Shown: in pieces, positions 55,828-64,000 of the stretch
Layout: each line of letters opens with the position of its first letter
Numbering within the stretch: the first letter of the stretch is position 1
Source of the DNA: an uncultured Chloroflexia bacterium
GTDB taxonomy: Bacteria > Chloroflexota > Limnocylindria > Limnocylindrales > CSP1-4
Direction of reading: 5' to 3'
Assembly (NCBI GenBank): GCA_963819655.1
Contig: CAWFXA010000002.1
Location: 1-64,000 of the forward strand
Length of the DNA: 64,000 nt
Made by a program: the position numbers and the translations under genes
Notes under the pieces: generated by a model
Seen by the model: only the letters and a program-made list of their open reading frames with translations
Databases searched by the model: none
Told to the model about the DNA's origin: nothing

Positions 55828-56556
55828 TCATAGCGGCCCGCTGATCCCACCATCTTTTCGGATCCGCCAAAAGTGCACCGTAAGAAAGATGGCCGCGATG
55901 AGCGGCAAGAACACGACATGTCCCACATAGAAACGGATAAGGGTGTTCTGGCCGACCTCGACGCCGCCCAGCAGGATCCGATTGACCGGTGTGTTGAAGA
56001 TCGGTACGTAGCCACCCATGTTGGTGCCGATCGTGATGGCCCAGAAGGCGATCTGATCCCACGGCAGCAGATAGCCCGTGAAGCTGAGCATGATCGTCAG
56101 GAACAACAGGACGACGCCGACCACCCAGTTGAACTCGCGCGGCGGCTTGTATGCCCCGTGGTAGAAGACCCGCATCATGTGCAGGAACACGAAGAAGACC
56201 ATGAGGTGGGCGCCCCACCGATGGACGTTCCGGGTCAGCAACCCGAAGGTGACCTCGCTCTGGATCTCGAGGATGTTCGTGTACGCCAGGGTCGCGGACG
56301 GCACGTAGAAGAACATCAGGTACACGCCCGTCACGGTCAGGACGAGGAACAGGAAGAACGACAGCCCGCCGAGGCAGAACGTATAGGCGAACTTGACCGC
56401 GTGCTGGCGGACGCGGACCGGGTGGATGTGCAGGAAGACGTTGTTCATGACCGCGTACGCGCGCGAGCGCTCGTCCCGCGGGTAGGGCTGCCGGAAGAGG
56501 GACCGCCAGACCGGGCTGCGCCGGATCGTCTGGTCGACCCGCTCCAGGAAACTCAC
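55828..56556 (-). CDS. petB: Cytochrome b6-type (split) cytochrome b
   Basis: FCLGG (heme ci Cys), RNVHRWGAHLM...LHMMRVF, PREFNWVVG, GYLLPWDQ, RFYVGHV...HFWRIRKDGGISGPL. Confidence 0.95.
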   Translation of the reverse strand: MSFLERVDQTIRRSPVWRSLFRQPYPRDERSRAYAVMNNVFLHIHPVRVRQHAVKFAYTFCLGGLSFFLFLVLTVTGVYLMFFYVPSATLAYTNILEIQSEVTFGLLTRNVHRWGAHLMVFFVFLHMMRVFYHGAYKPPREFNWVVGVVLLFLTIMLSFTGYLLPWDQIAFWAITIGTNMGGYVPIFNTPVNRILLGGVEVGQNTLIRFYVGHVVFLPLIAAIFLTVHFWRIRKDGGISGPL

Positions 56557-58388
56557 CGGGCTCCTCCTGCGACGCCGGGGGTTCCGGCCAGCTGCGCATC
56601 CCGGTACGACTCCTTGTAGAGCCGTCCGTCAGTCGAGATCTCCTGCATCTCGAACCGCTCCATCGTAATGGCGTCGAACGGGCACCGCTTGACACACAAC
56701 GCGCAGCGGATGCAGCGCTCCTCGTCGAGGATCATCGCGCCGCCGTTCTCCCAGCCATAGGCCTCTTCCAGCTCCGGCAGGAGGCCCTCCGACTTGAGCG
56801 TGTTGATGTCGGTCATGTGGATGACGCCCTCGGGGCAGACATCGGCGCAGGCGCCACACAGGACGCAGCGGAACGGGTCGAACCAGATGTTGTAGTTGCA
56901 CATGAGGCAGCGGGTCGACTCGGCGACCGCGCCATTCGCGTCGTACCCGAGCTCGACCGGCGTGTTGAAGTTGACGATCGGATCGGTCGATGGCATCCGA
57001 GCCTGGAGCGGGACCATCGGGATGTGCTGTCGAGGAAGCACGTCGTAGAACTCGGGCATGTCGTGGCGCCACGAGCTCGTGACCTTCACGTTGGCGTCGA
57101 CCGTCACGTCGGTCCGCCCGGCAAGGTACCGGTCGAGCGCATAGGCGGCCTTCTTGCCGTGCCCGGCCGCCTCGATCAGTGTCGTCGGGCCGGTCACGAA
57201 GTCGCCGCACGCGAACACGCCACGGACGTTCGTGGCGTACGTCGCGGGGTCGACCTTGACCCGGCCGCGATTGATCTCGAAACTCGCCTCGACCGGGAGG
57301 AACGTGAGATCGGCCGCCTGCGACACGGCCGGGATGACGGTCTTGGCCGGGACGATGAACTCCGATCCCTCGATCGGGACAGGGGAGCGTCGACCGGACG
57401 CGTCCGGCTCGCCGAGGCGGTTGCGGATGAACTTGACGCCGGTGACCTTGCCGTCCTCGCCGAGCACCTCGATCGGGCTGGCCAGGAACTCCATCCGGAC
57501 GCCCTCGCGCTCGGTCTCGCCGAGCTCCTCCTCGTCGACGACGAGCTCGGAGCGGGTTCGCCGGTAGGCGATCGTCACGTTCTCGGCGCCGTGGCGCAGG
57601 CTCGTGCGCGAGCAGTCCATCGCGGTGTACCCGCCGCCGATGACGACGACGTCATTGCCCACCTCGAGCGGCTCACCGAGATTGGCGCGCTTCATGAAAT
57701 CGACGCCGTAGTCGACGCCGTCGAGGTCGGCACCCGGGACGTCCAGGGCGACGGCGTCCATCGCTCCGGCGGTGATGGCGATCGCGTCGAAGTCGCGCTG
57801 GAGCTGATCGAACGTGATGTCCTTGCCGATCGTCGTGTCGTAGATGAACGTGACCCCGAGGCGCTCGATCAGGCGGATATCCATCTCGATCGCCTCACGC
57901 GGAAGGCGGAATGCCGGCACGCCGATGAGCATCGTGCCGCCGCCGTACGGCAGGCTGTCGAACACCGTGCACTGGTAGCCCTTCATCGCCAGCTCGCGGG
58001 CGACGGACAGGCCGGCCGGGCCGGCACCGACGATGGCGACGCGCTCGGATCGCTGCGCGATGTCGGGCATGACGTCCGGGATGCCGGACGCCTCGTGCCA
58101 CTCGACGAGGAACCGCTTCATCGCCCGGATCGCGAGCGGGCGATCGATATCGCCGCGCCGGCATGCCCGCTCGCACGGGGCGGAGCAGACGTACGAGCAC
58201 ATCGCAGCGACCGGGTTCGGTTCGCGCGACAGGATGTAGCCCTCTTCGAACCGGCCCTCGGCGGCGAGGTTGAGATAGCCCCGGCAGTTCGTCCCGACAG
58301 GGCAGGCTTCCTGGCATTCGATGTTGCACTGCAACCAGGAGGCGTCGACAGGCTGGACGAGGAATTCCTGGGCTGGATCGATGGCCAA
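56553..58388 (-). CDS. GltD/NfnB/DsrL-like FAD- and NAD(P)-binding FeS oxidoreductase with C-terminal 2x[4Fe-4S] ferredoxin
   Basis: CQEACPVG..C, CSYVCSAPCERACRR, GAGPAG, GGGYTAMD, YRRT, GDFVTGP, RCLMC, CVLCGACADVCP, CIRCALCVKRCP; TTG start after ggaaagg; GTGA overlap with cytochrome b6. Confidence 0.9.
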   Translation of the reverse strand: MAIDPAQEFLVQPVDASWLQCNIECQEACPVGTNCRGYLNLAAEGRFEEGYILSREPNPVAAMCSYVCSAPCERACRRGDIDRPLAIRAMKRFLVEWHEASGIPDVMPDIAQRSERVAIVGAGPAGLSVARELAMKGYQCTVFDSLPYGGGTMLIGVPAFRLPREAIEMDIRLIERLGVTFIYDTTIGKDITFDQLQRDFDAIAITAGAMDAVALDVPGADLDGVDYGVDFMKRANLGEPLEVGNDVVVIGGGYTAMDCSRTSLRHGAENVTIAYRRTRSELVVDEEELGETEREGVRMEFLASPIEVLGEDGKVTGVKFIRNRLGEPDASGRRSPVPIEGSEFIVPAKTVIPAVSQAADLTFLPVEASFEINRGRVKVDPATYATNVRGVFACGDFVTGPTTLIEAAGHGKKAAYALDRYLAGRTDVTVDANVKVTSSWRHDMPEFYDVLPRQHIPMVPLQARMPSTDPIVNFNTPVELGYDANGAVAESTRCLMCNYNIWFDPFRCVLCGACADVCPEGVIHMTDINTLKSEGLLPELEEAYGWENGGAMILDEERCIRCALCVKRCPFDAITMERFEMQEISTDGRLYKESYRDAQLAGTPGVAGGAR

Positions 58389-58651
58389 GCGGGCGTGCCT
58401 TTCCGTGGATTGGTCGGGCTCGGGGCGCAACGTGATGATCGGCTGTTCGCCGACCGCCCGAATCTACCATTGGCCTCGTGAGCGCTGCAAAGCGCGGCCG
58501 GGTGCGGGCGAGCGGGTGGCCGGCTGCCGGGAACCCGTTCTCGCGCACGCGTCACAGGTTGACGCTGACCCGTGTTCGCAGCTACGCTGGCCATCCGGGG
58601 GAACCCGCCCGTGCTCGGTGAGGGGCGCGATCGGATGGAGTTGCGGACAGC

Positions 58652-60394
58652 GTGACCGGGAGCGAGTTCGTCTTCCTGGCGTTCGGCCTGATCCTCGGGA
58701 TCGCCGCGGGTGCCGCACTCATCGAGTTCATCCGGGCACGGCGACCCGCGAGTGCAGTGCGCGTGATCGTAGCTCCGGACGCGATCCCTCGTCGTCGCGC
58801 CGCGACCCTCGCCAACGATGCATTCACCGACTCACCGGTCGTGCTGGATCCGGCACACGGAGGGCCGGCCGACCGCCAGGACCTGCTGTCGAACAACGGC
58901 GTGACCGCGCCCGCACTTCGAACACCTGTTCTCGCACCGCAGCCAGGGACGGTTGCCGAGCCGGCCTTCCGGCTGACCGGTCCGACGCCTCCGAGCGTCG
59001 GTCCTCTCGTGCCAGGCTCCCCGGGTCGGGCCGTCGCGCAGGGGATGCCGATCTCGACCGGCATCGACCCGATGCTGCTCGCCTTGCGGGCGAGCGCCGC
59101 GGCGAGTGCTGAGGCGGCCATGCACGGTGCCGCCGCGCCGGTCGCCACGGCCGTCATGACCGAGTCGGACGAGCCGGCCGAGGTTGCTGCGACGGCGAAC
59201 CCGACGTCGACGAAAGGTCGCGCGACGAAGGGTGCGAGCCGGGCGGCGCCAGAAGCCCCGTCATCGACCGAAGCCCCGAGCGGACCGTGTGGCGATGCGC
59301 GCCGCATCGCCGATGAGCGTTGCGAGCTCGCGACCCGAGCCCGAGGTCAGGCGACCACGGCGGAGGAGACCCTTCGGGCAGCGCAGCGGGCCTACGACGA
59401 CCACGAGACCGCCATGGCGGAGGCCGCCACGGCAGCCGACGCCCGGGCGATCCGCGAGGCCAAGGACCAGGCCCAGGCACGATTCCGCGCAGGGCGGGCC
59501 GCGGCGCGGACCGCGGAGGACATCGAGAACGCGGCACGCGACTGGCTCCACGAGATCAATCGGATCAACGCCCAGACCGGCAACGCGACGGCGATCCTCC
59601 AGCGCGCGCGGGCCGCCGCCCCCGAGATGGCGGTCCGCCTGGAGCGGACGGCGGTCGCGGCCGATGGCGCGCGGGTCGCGGCCGAAGCCGCCGAGGCGGC
59701 GTGCGTGGCGGCCCGTCAGGCCGTGGCGGATTGCGAGGAACGCGCCACCAGCGGCCGGCCGAGCCCAGCGCCGACCGATACGGGCGACGATCGCGACCGG
59801 GACGACACGACGTCCGACACCCTGGTGGCCGCGCTGCGCGCCGGGGCGTCACCACGGATCGTGCGGCTGCTGCGCGGCGACCGGACGGCGATGCACGAGG
59901 TCGTCGATGCGCTCGGTGGCAACGACGCCGACGAGCGACGCCGATGGCAGGTCGCGATCGCCGATCTGATCGACGCGATCGTGGTGGATGCGATCGCCGC
60001 GTCCGCGTTCGACTTCCCGACCGACCATCCGTTCTGGGGCCCGTTCAACCGGTCGCAGGGTCGAGACATCGCCGCCGCGCTGTCGTCACTCGGGTATCGA
60101 TTCGATGGGCTTGGCGGCTGGGTGGACGATCGGTACCCGTCGCAGCGCGACCTGTCGCTCGCGCTGGGCTATGCCGGGCTCGACCCGATGCGGATGCGCC
60201 ACTGGCCGAACGACGCCGAGATGGCGACGCTGTTCGAGGAGGTCGAGGTGGCCGCTGCGGAGCACCTTGCCAACACGGCCGGCGACCTCACGCTTGGCGA
60301 GCTTGTCGCGATGCTCGGGCGACGGGCCGACGGCATGGCGGACATCTGGAACGAATGGGGGCGGATCAGGCCGATCCTGCTAGACGAGCGCTGA
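58652..60394 (+). CDS. Hypothetical membrane-anchored protein (TM, disordered linker, coiled coil, globular C-domain)
   Basis: 580-aa intact ORF with an N-terminal hydrophobic helix, an Ala/Glu/Arg heptad-like segment and an aromatic-rich C-terminus. Confidence 0.75.
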   Translation: MTGSEFVFLAFGLILGIAAGAALIEFIRARRPASAVRVIVAPDAIPRRRAATLANDAFTDSPVVLDPAHGGPADRQDLLSNNGVTAPALRTPVLAPQPGTVAEPAFRLTGPTPPSVGPLVPGSPGRAVAQGMPISTGIDPMLLALRASAAASAEAAMHGAAAPVATAVMTESDEPAEVAATANPTSTKGRATKGASRAAPEAPSSTEAPSGPCGDARRIADERCELATRARGQATTAEETLRAAQRAYDDHETAMAEAATAADARAIREAKDQAQARFRAGRAAARTAEDIENAARDWLHEINRINAQTGNATAILQRARAAAPEMAVRLERTAVAADGARVAAEAAEAACVAARQAVADCEERATSGRPSPAPTDTGDDRDRDDTTSDTLVAALRAGASPRIVRLLRGDRTAMHEVVDALGGNDADERRRWQVAIADLIDAIVVDAIAASAFDFPTDHPFWGPFNRSQGRDIAAALSSLGYRFDGLGGWVDDRYPSQRDLSLALGYAGLDPMRMRHWPNDAEMATLFEEVEVAAAEHLANTAGDLTLGELVAMLGRRADGMADIWNEWGRIRPILLDER

Positions 60395-60400
60395 CGGCGT

Positions 60401-61159
60401 CTAGCCCTTCGACTCGTCCTCATCGTCGTCGATGACGATCACGCGCAGGGCCTCTGCCGCCCCGGCGCCGATCGACTCGCCCTCCTCGGCCGCCCAGCTC
60501 CGGATGCGCGTGGCGAGGGCATCCATGTCGCGGATCTGGCTGCGATGCTCGGCCAGCGCGGCGAGCTTGCGGTCGAGCGTCCCTGTGATGTCGACCCATG
60601 CATCGGGGCGCTCCGACCAGAAGAGGTAGATGCGGCGGACCGCGTGCGCTGGCAGGCCGTCGCGCGCCAGGGCGGGGAACGCCATCGGGTTGCGCGCGGC
60701 CGGATAGACGGCATCGACCGCCGCGAAACCGGCCGCCCGATGGTCGGTGTGGTTCACTCCACCGCCGCGGTGGAATACGGCCTCGGGGTCAGTGGCGAAG
60801 ACCGCGTCGGGTCGGAACGTCCGGATCTCGCGGACGAGAAGCTCGCGCAATGGAAGGTCGTTCGCGAGCGCCCCGTCCGGCTGGTGCAGGAAGCTCACGC
60901 CCGCGTAGCCGACCACGGCCGCCGCGGCGCGCTGCTCGGTCTCGCGCAGGGCTGCGAGCTCGAGCGGATCGGCGTCCGGGTCTTCGCCACCTTGATCGCC
61001 CGAGGTGCAGCACACCAGCCAGCCGACGGATCCCGCATCGATCCAGCGGGCGGCGGTGCCGGCTGGACCGAAGTCGGCGTCGTCCGGGTGACCGGCGATG
61101 ACCATGAACCGGGCGGGCCGCCAGTCGTGGTCGCGAGGCGGCTCGGCCGGGCTCGTCAT
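60401..61159 (-). CDS. PIG-L/LmbE-family deacetylase
   Basis: GHPDDADFG, TSGDQG, RETEQ..AA, NHTDHRA, KLAALAEHRSQ. Confidence 0.9.
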   Translation of the reverse strand: MTSPAEPPRDHDWRPARFMVIAGHPDDADFGPAGTAARWIDAGSVGWLVCCTSGDQGGEDPDADPLELAALRETEQRAAAAVVGYAGVSFLHQPDGALANDLPLRELLVREIRTFRPDAVFATDPEAVFHRGGGVNHTDHRAAGFAAVDAVYPAARNPMAFPALARDGLPAHAVRRIYLFWSERPDAWVDITGTLDRKLAALAEHRSQIRDMDALATRIRSWAAEEGESIGAGAAEALRVIVIDDDEDESKG

Positions 61160-61246
61160 GGGGCGCGGCGGAGGCGGGCTCCGACACGCGGCCGCGATGC
61201 AGGAATGTCCTTGCGGGCGGTGTGAGGGGCGCGTACGCTTGAGGCC

Positions 61247-61282
61247 GAGACTTCGCTCGTCTCCCCCCACGGGCGAAGTCTC
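61247..61282. terminator. Strong hairpin downstream of bcp (possible terminator)
   Basis: gagacttcgctcgt / acgggcgaagtctc, a 14-bp stem with one G-U pair. Confidence 0.45.
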
Positions 61283-61315
61283 CTTCCATCTCCCGGAGGA
61301 TCAGTCACCGGCCGG

Positions 61316-61798
61316 TCAGCGGGCGACTGCCTGGAGCTCGTCCAGGGCGGCCAGGACCGCGCTGGCGTGGCCCTCCGGCTTGACCTTCGGCCAGACCTTG
61401 GCGATGCGTCCGGCGGGGTCGACCAGGAACGTCGTCCGGGCCGTCCCCATGTACGTGCGTCCGTAGTTGTGCTTCTCGACCCACGAGCCGTACGCCTCAG
61501 CGACCTCGTGGTCCTCGTCGGCGAGGAGCGTGAACGGCAGCCCGAACTTCTCGCGGAACTGGCGCTTGCTGGCGGCGCCCTGGGGGCTGATACCCCAGAC
61601 ATCGGCTCCGCGCTCCGTGATGGTCTGGTTCGCGTCGCGGAACTCGCACGCCTCGACGGTGCAACCCGGCGTGTCGTCCTTCGGATAGAAGTACAGGATG
61701 GTCCAGCGGCCGCGTTGATCGGCGAGGTCGTGGACCGTGCCCGTCTCGTCGGGCAGGGCGATCGGGGGCGCCTGATCGCCGACGGTCGGCATACTCAT
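61316..61798 (-). CDS. bcp: Peroxiredoxin BCP/PrxQ
   Basis: LYFYPKDDTPGCTVEACEFRD, GISP, LPFTLLAD, RTTFLVD, KVKPEGHA. Confidence 0.95.
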   Translation of the reverse strand: MSMPTVGDQAPPIALPDETGTVHDLADQRGRWTILYFYPKDDTPGCTVEACEFRDANQTITERGADVWGISPQGAASKRQFREKFGLPFTLLADEDHEVAEAYGSWVEKHNYGRTYMGTARTTFLVDPAGRIAKVWPKVKPEGHASAVLAALDELQAVAR

Positions 61799-61800
61799 CG

Positions 61801-62493
61801 TCAGAGCGTAGCAGGGGTCTCCACGATGAGGAGAGTGCCGGCCCGGAGAGTGACGGTCGCGGTCTGTGCGGTCCGCAGGTTGGACAGGCCGCGGCTCCGG
61901 CCGACGAGCAAGGCCTCGTCGTGGAGCGCGTACTGGAGGCCGACGGTGGTCACGCCGGTCGCGTCCGCACCGACCGGCAGCAACGACACGTGGTCGTCGA
62001 TCCGGCCGTTGAGGTCCACCTCTTCAGGCGAGCCGTCGGGCGCGGGCGCCAGCAGCAGCCGGACGCGTGCATCGGCGCCGACCAGACGGACGTCGACGGC
62101 GCGGAGCTCCGGCATCGCGAGGAGCGCCAGGTTCGCCAGCGCGTGATCGAGACGCGGGCCGCCGAGCGCGCCGACGATCGTGATCGCGGCAGGCCGCCGG
62201 GTCAGGGCCGCGGCGACGGCGAGCTCGGTGTCGGATTCGTCCTTGTCGACCGGCGCCCGCTCGACGGGAATCCCTGCAGCCTCGAGGGAGGCGATACCGT
62301 CCTCGCCGAGCGAGTCGCCATCGCCGACCCACAGATCGACACGGAGCCCGAGCACTCCGGCATGCCGTGCGCCGCCGTCCGCGGCGACCACGTACGGGTC
62401 GCGCGCCAGCCAGCCGGGCCAAGCCAGGTCGATCGCGATACGCGACCCCACGTCGCCGTCAGCGAGGACGATGGCCTGGGTGGTCGACATCAT
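61801..62493 (-). CDS. thiN: Thiamine pyrophosphokinase
   Basis: AADGGA, VGDGDSL, DKDESDTELA, GALGG.RLDH.LAN, VSLLP, GLQY, RGLSN. Confidence 0.92.
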   Translation of the reverse strand: MMSTTQAIVLADGDVGSRIAIDLAWPGWLARDPYVVAADGGARHAGVLGLRVDLWVGDGDSLGEDGIASLEAAGIPVERAPVDKDESDTELAVAAALTRRPAAITIVGALGGPRLDHALANLALLAMPELRAVDVRLVGADARVRLLLAPAPDGSPEEVDLNGRIDDHVSLLPVGADATGVTTVGLQYALHDEALLVGRSRGLSNLRTAQTATVTLRAGTLLIVETPATL

Positions 62494-62541
62494 GCTGCGG
62501 ATGCTAGCGGCCCCGCACGGACCCGATGCTAGACTCCGGCC

Positions 62542-63102
62542 GTGCCTGCCCAGATCGACCACCCTGCCGTCCGACGCGTCATCGCCGCTGCAGAGCGGAA
62601 GGGGATCGACCTCGACATCGTCACGTTCGACGAGTCGACCCATACCGCCGAGGAGGCGGCGCTGGCGGTCGGTGGCGAACTCGGCCAGATCGTCAAGTCG
62701 CTCGTGTTCGTCGCCCCGTCGGACGAAGGGCCCGAACCGATCATCTGTCTCGTGTCGGGTCAGAATCGGGTCGACGTCGCGCGATTGGCAGCGGTCGCCG
62801 GCGAGCCGGACATCCGGCGGGCGACGGCTCGCGAAGCGCACGAGCTGGTCGGCTTCGTGATCGGCGGCATCCCGCCCATCGGTTTCGATCGGCCGGTCCG
62901 CGTGATCATGGACCCGGACCTCGGGCGGTATACGACCGTGTGGGCGGCGGCCGGTCTGCCGACCGCGGTCTTCGAGGTGCCTCCCGCGACGTTGCGCACG
63001 CTGGCCAACGCCACGGTCGCGCCGATCAGCGAGGAGCGCCGGGCGGCCGACGTCGAGGCGGACGAACAGGGATCCGGTCGCCTCGCCTCGACGGGGGCGT
63101 GA
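62542..63102 (+). CDS. YbaK/EbsC aminoacyl-tRNA editing domain protein
   Basis: THTAEEAA, QIVKSLVF, GFVIGGIPPIG, VWAAAG. Confidence 0.9.
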   Translation: MPAQIDHPAVRRVIAAAERKGIDLDIVTFDESTHTAEEAALAVGGELGQIVKSLVFVAPSDEGPEPIICLVSGQNRVDVARLAAVAGEPDIRRATAREAHELVGFVIGGIPPIGFDRPVRVIMDPDLGRYTTVWAAAGLPTAVFEVPPATLRTLANATVAPISEERRAADVEADEQGSGRLASTGA

Positions 63103-63698
63103 CGGCACAGGCCAGGTCGAGCCGCGTGGCTCACGAACCGCGCAACGCGACGATCGCCTACCCGGGCGGTCTGCGCGCGCGATGGCGCTGGGGCGGGAGC
63201 GGCCAGTCCGACGAGGTCTTCGCGCTCAGCGAGGCCGGTGGAGCGCTCATCGACCTGGGCCCCAACGTCAGCTCCGACCCCGATGCTCTGTGCCGCGCCG
63301 AGCTCCGGCTCGATGGCCCGCGCGGGTCGTGGACAGCCCGGTTCGCCTCGACGATCTACGACGAGCCGCGCGCGATCTACTGGGACACGGCGAGTCTGCT
63401 CGTCGTCGCCTACGGGTTCCATACGTTCGGGCTGGACGCCGCGAGTGGCGCGCTCCGCTGGGAGCATCGCTCGGCATCACCGATCATCGCGCTGCTCGGT
63501 TCACCGCGGCTCGGCCACATCCTCGTCCAGGCGGAGATCGAGACCTTCGCGCTCGAACGGGACGGGACGGTCGGATGGCGGGTCGCCCACTCGGACGTCG
63601 TCACCGCGGCCGAGCTGATCGGTGGTCGGCTGGTCCTGACCGGGTTCGACGGACAGCTCAACGCTCTGGATCCTGCCACAGGCCGGTCGGCGGGCTGA
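63099..63698 (+). CDS. Hypothetical protein with PQQ-like beta-propeller repeats
   Basis: GLDAASGALRW, ALERDGTVGWR, ALDPATG; GTGA overlap with the ybaK-like gene. Confidence 0.65.
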   Translation: MTAQARSSRVAHEPRNATIAYPGGLRARWRWGGSGQSDEVFALSEAGGALIDLGPNVSSDPDALCRAELRLDGPRGSWTARFASTIYDEPRAIYWDTASLLVVAYGFHTFGLDAASGALRWEHRSASPIIALLGSPRLGHILVQAEIETFALERDGTVGWRVAHSDVVTAAELIGGRLVLTGFDGQLNALDPATGRSAG

Positions 63699-63919
63699 CC
63701 GCGCTGTGGACGGACGGTGGATAACCTGTCGCACCCCGCCCACATTGGTGGATGACCGCCGTTGACCGTGCCGAGGCTTCACCCGTAGCGTAGAGGCCAG
63801 CCCGGAGGGGCCGAACGATACTAACGGCGGCGATCGCATCAACGCCCACGTGTCGTGGAGGTTCCTTCGGGCCCTTCCATGTCCAGGCCACGCACGGGCG
63901 AGCGGGTATAGTCGCCGCC

Positions 63920-64000
63920 GTGACCCCCCTGATCCCGATCGTCGTCGGCTTCGTCGCGCTCGGCATCGGCGTCGCGATCCTGCGGACACTCGGGGCGAAT
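63920..64000 (+). CDS. Start of a membrane protein (runs off window)
   Basis: VTPLIPIVVGFVALGIGVAILRTLGAN; TATAGT -10 lies 7 nt upstream. Confidence 0.5.
   Translation, partial: MTPLIPIVVGFVALGIGVAILRTLGAN

Noticed and set aside
56553-58388. Calling this gltD, the partner of gltB
   Set aside because: It is 15 kb from gltB, has an extra ferredoxin tail and is translationally coupled to cytochrome b6. The region downstream of gltB, where gltD often lies, is cut off by the junction.
63704-63760. oriC or DnaA-box cluster
   Set aside because: Only one near-match (ggtggataa) plus weak partials; no AT-rich unwinding element or dnaA context.

Overview
This GC-rich window reads as three unrelated DNA fragments joined end to end, with each join cutting through genes. 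(1) 1-~1303 looks actinobacterial: a partial MocR/PLP regulator and the 3' end of a GH43 gene. (2) ~1304-~36848 looks like Acidobacteriota (Vicinamibacterales-type, inferred from Oar-type TonB receptors and gene content) and is full of single-base indels, most likely sequencing error. It carries a metallohydrolase, an Nramp-like transporter, PQQ and FG-GAP propellers, a PEP mutase/ICL-family enzyme, a PafA-type phosphatase, two TonB receptors, cyclic beta-1,2-glucan synthase, a GHMP kinase plus nucleotidyltransferase, an IlvD/Edd dehydratase with a DHDPS-family enzyme and MFS, adk and a GDSL hydrolase. Almost every intergenic gap here holds a palindromic repeat element, and one degenerate copy appears to bracket a cryptic four-helix-bundle gene that the ORF track only catches in pieces. 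(3) ~36849-64000 is essentially indel-free and looks monoderm (probably Chloroflexota, by inference): truncated gltB, amtB, a Lia/Psp-like operon, a palindrome array next to tRNA-Lys(UUU) and housekeeping genes. Its highlight is a six-gene operon: NAD(P)-binding flavo-FeS oxidoreductase, cytochrome b6 (heme ci Cys), subunit IV (APWY in place of PEWY), Tat Rieske, cytochrome c-cupredoxin fusion and a membrane-anchored Kelch propeller. All calls come from reading motifs by eye; no database search was run.
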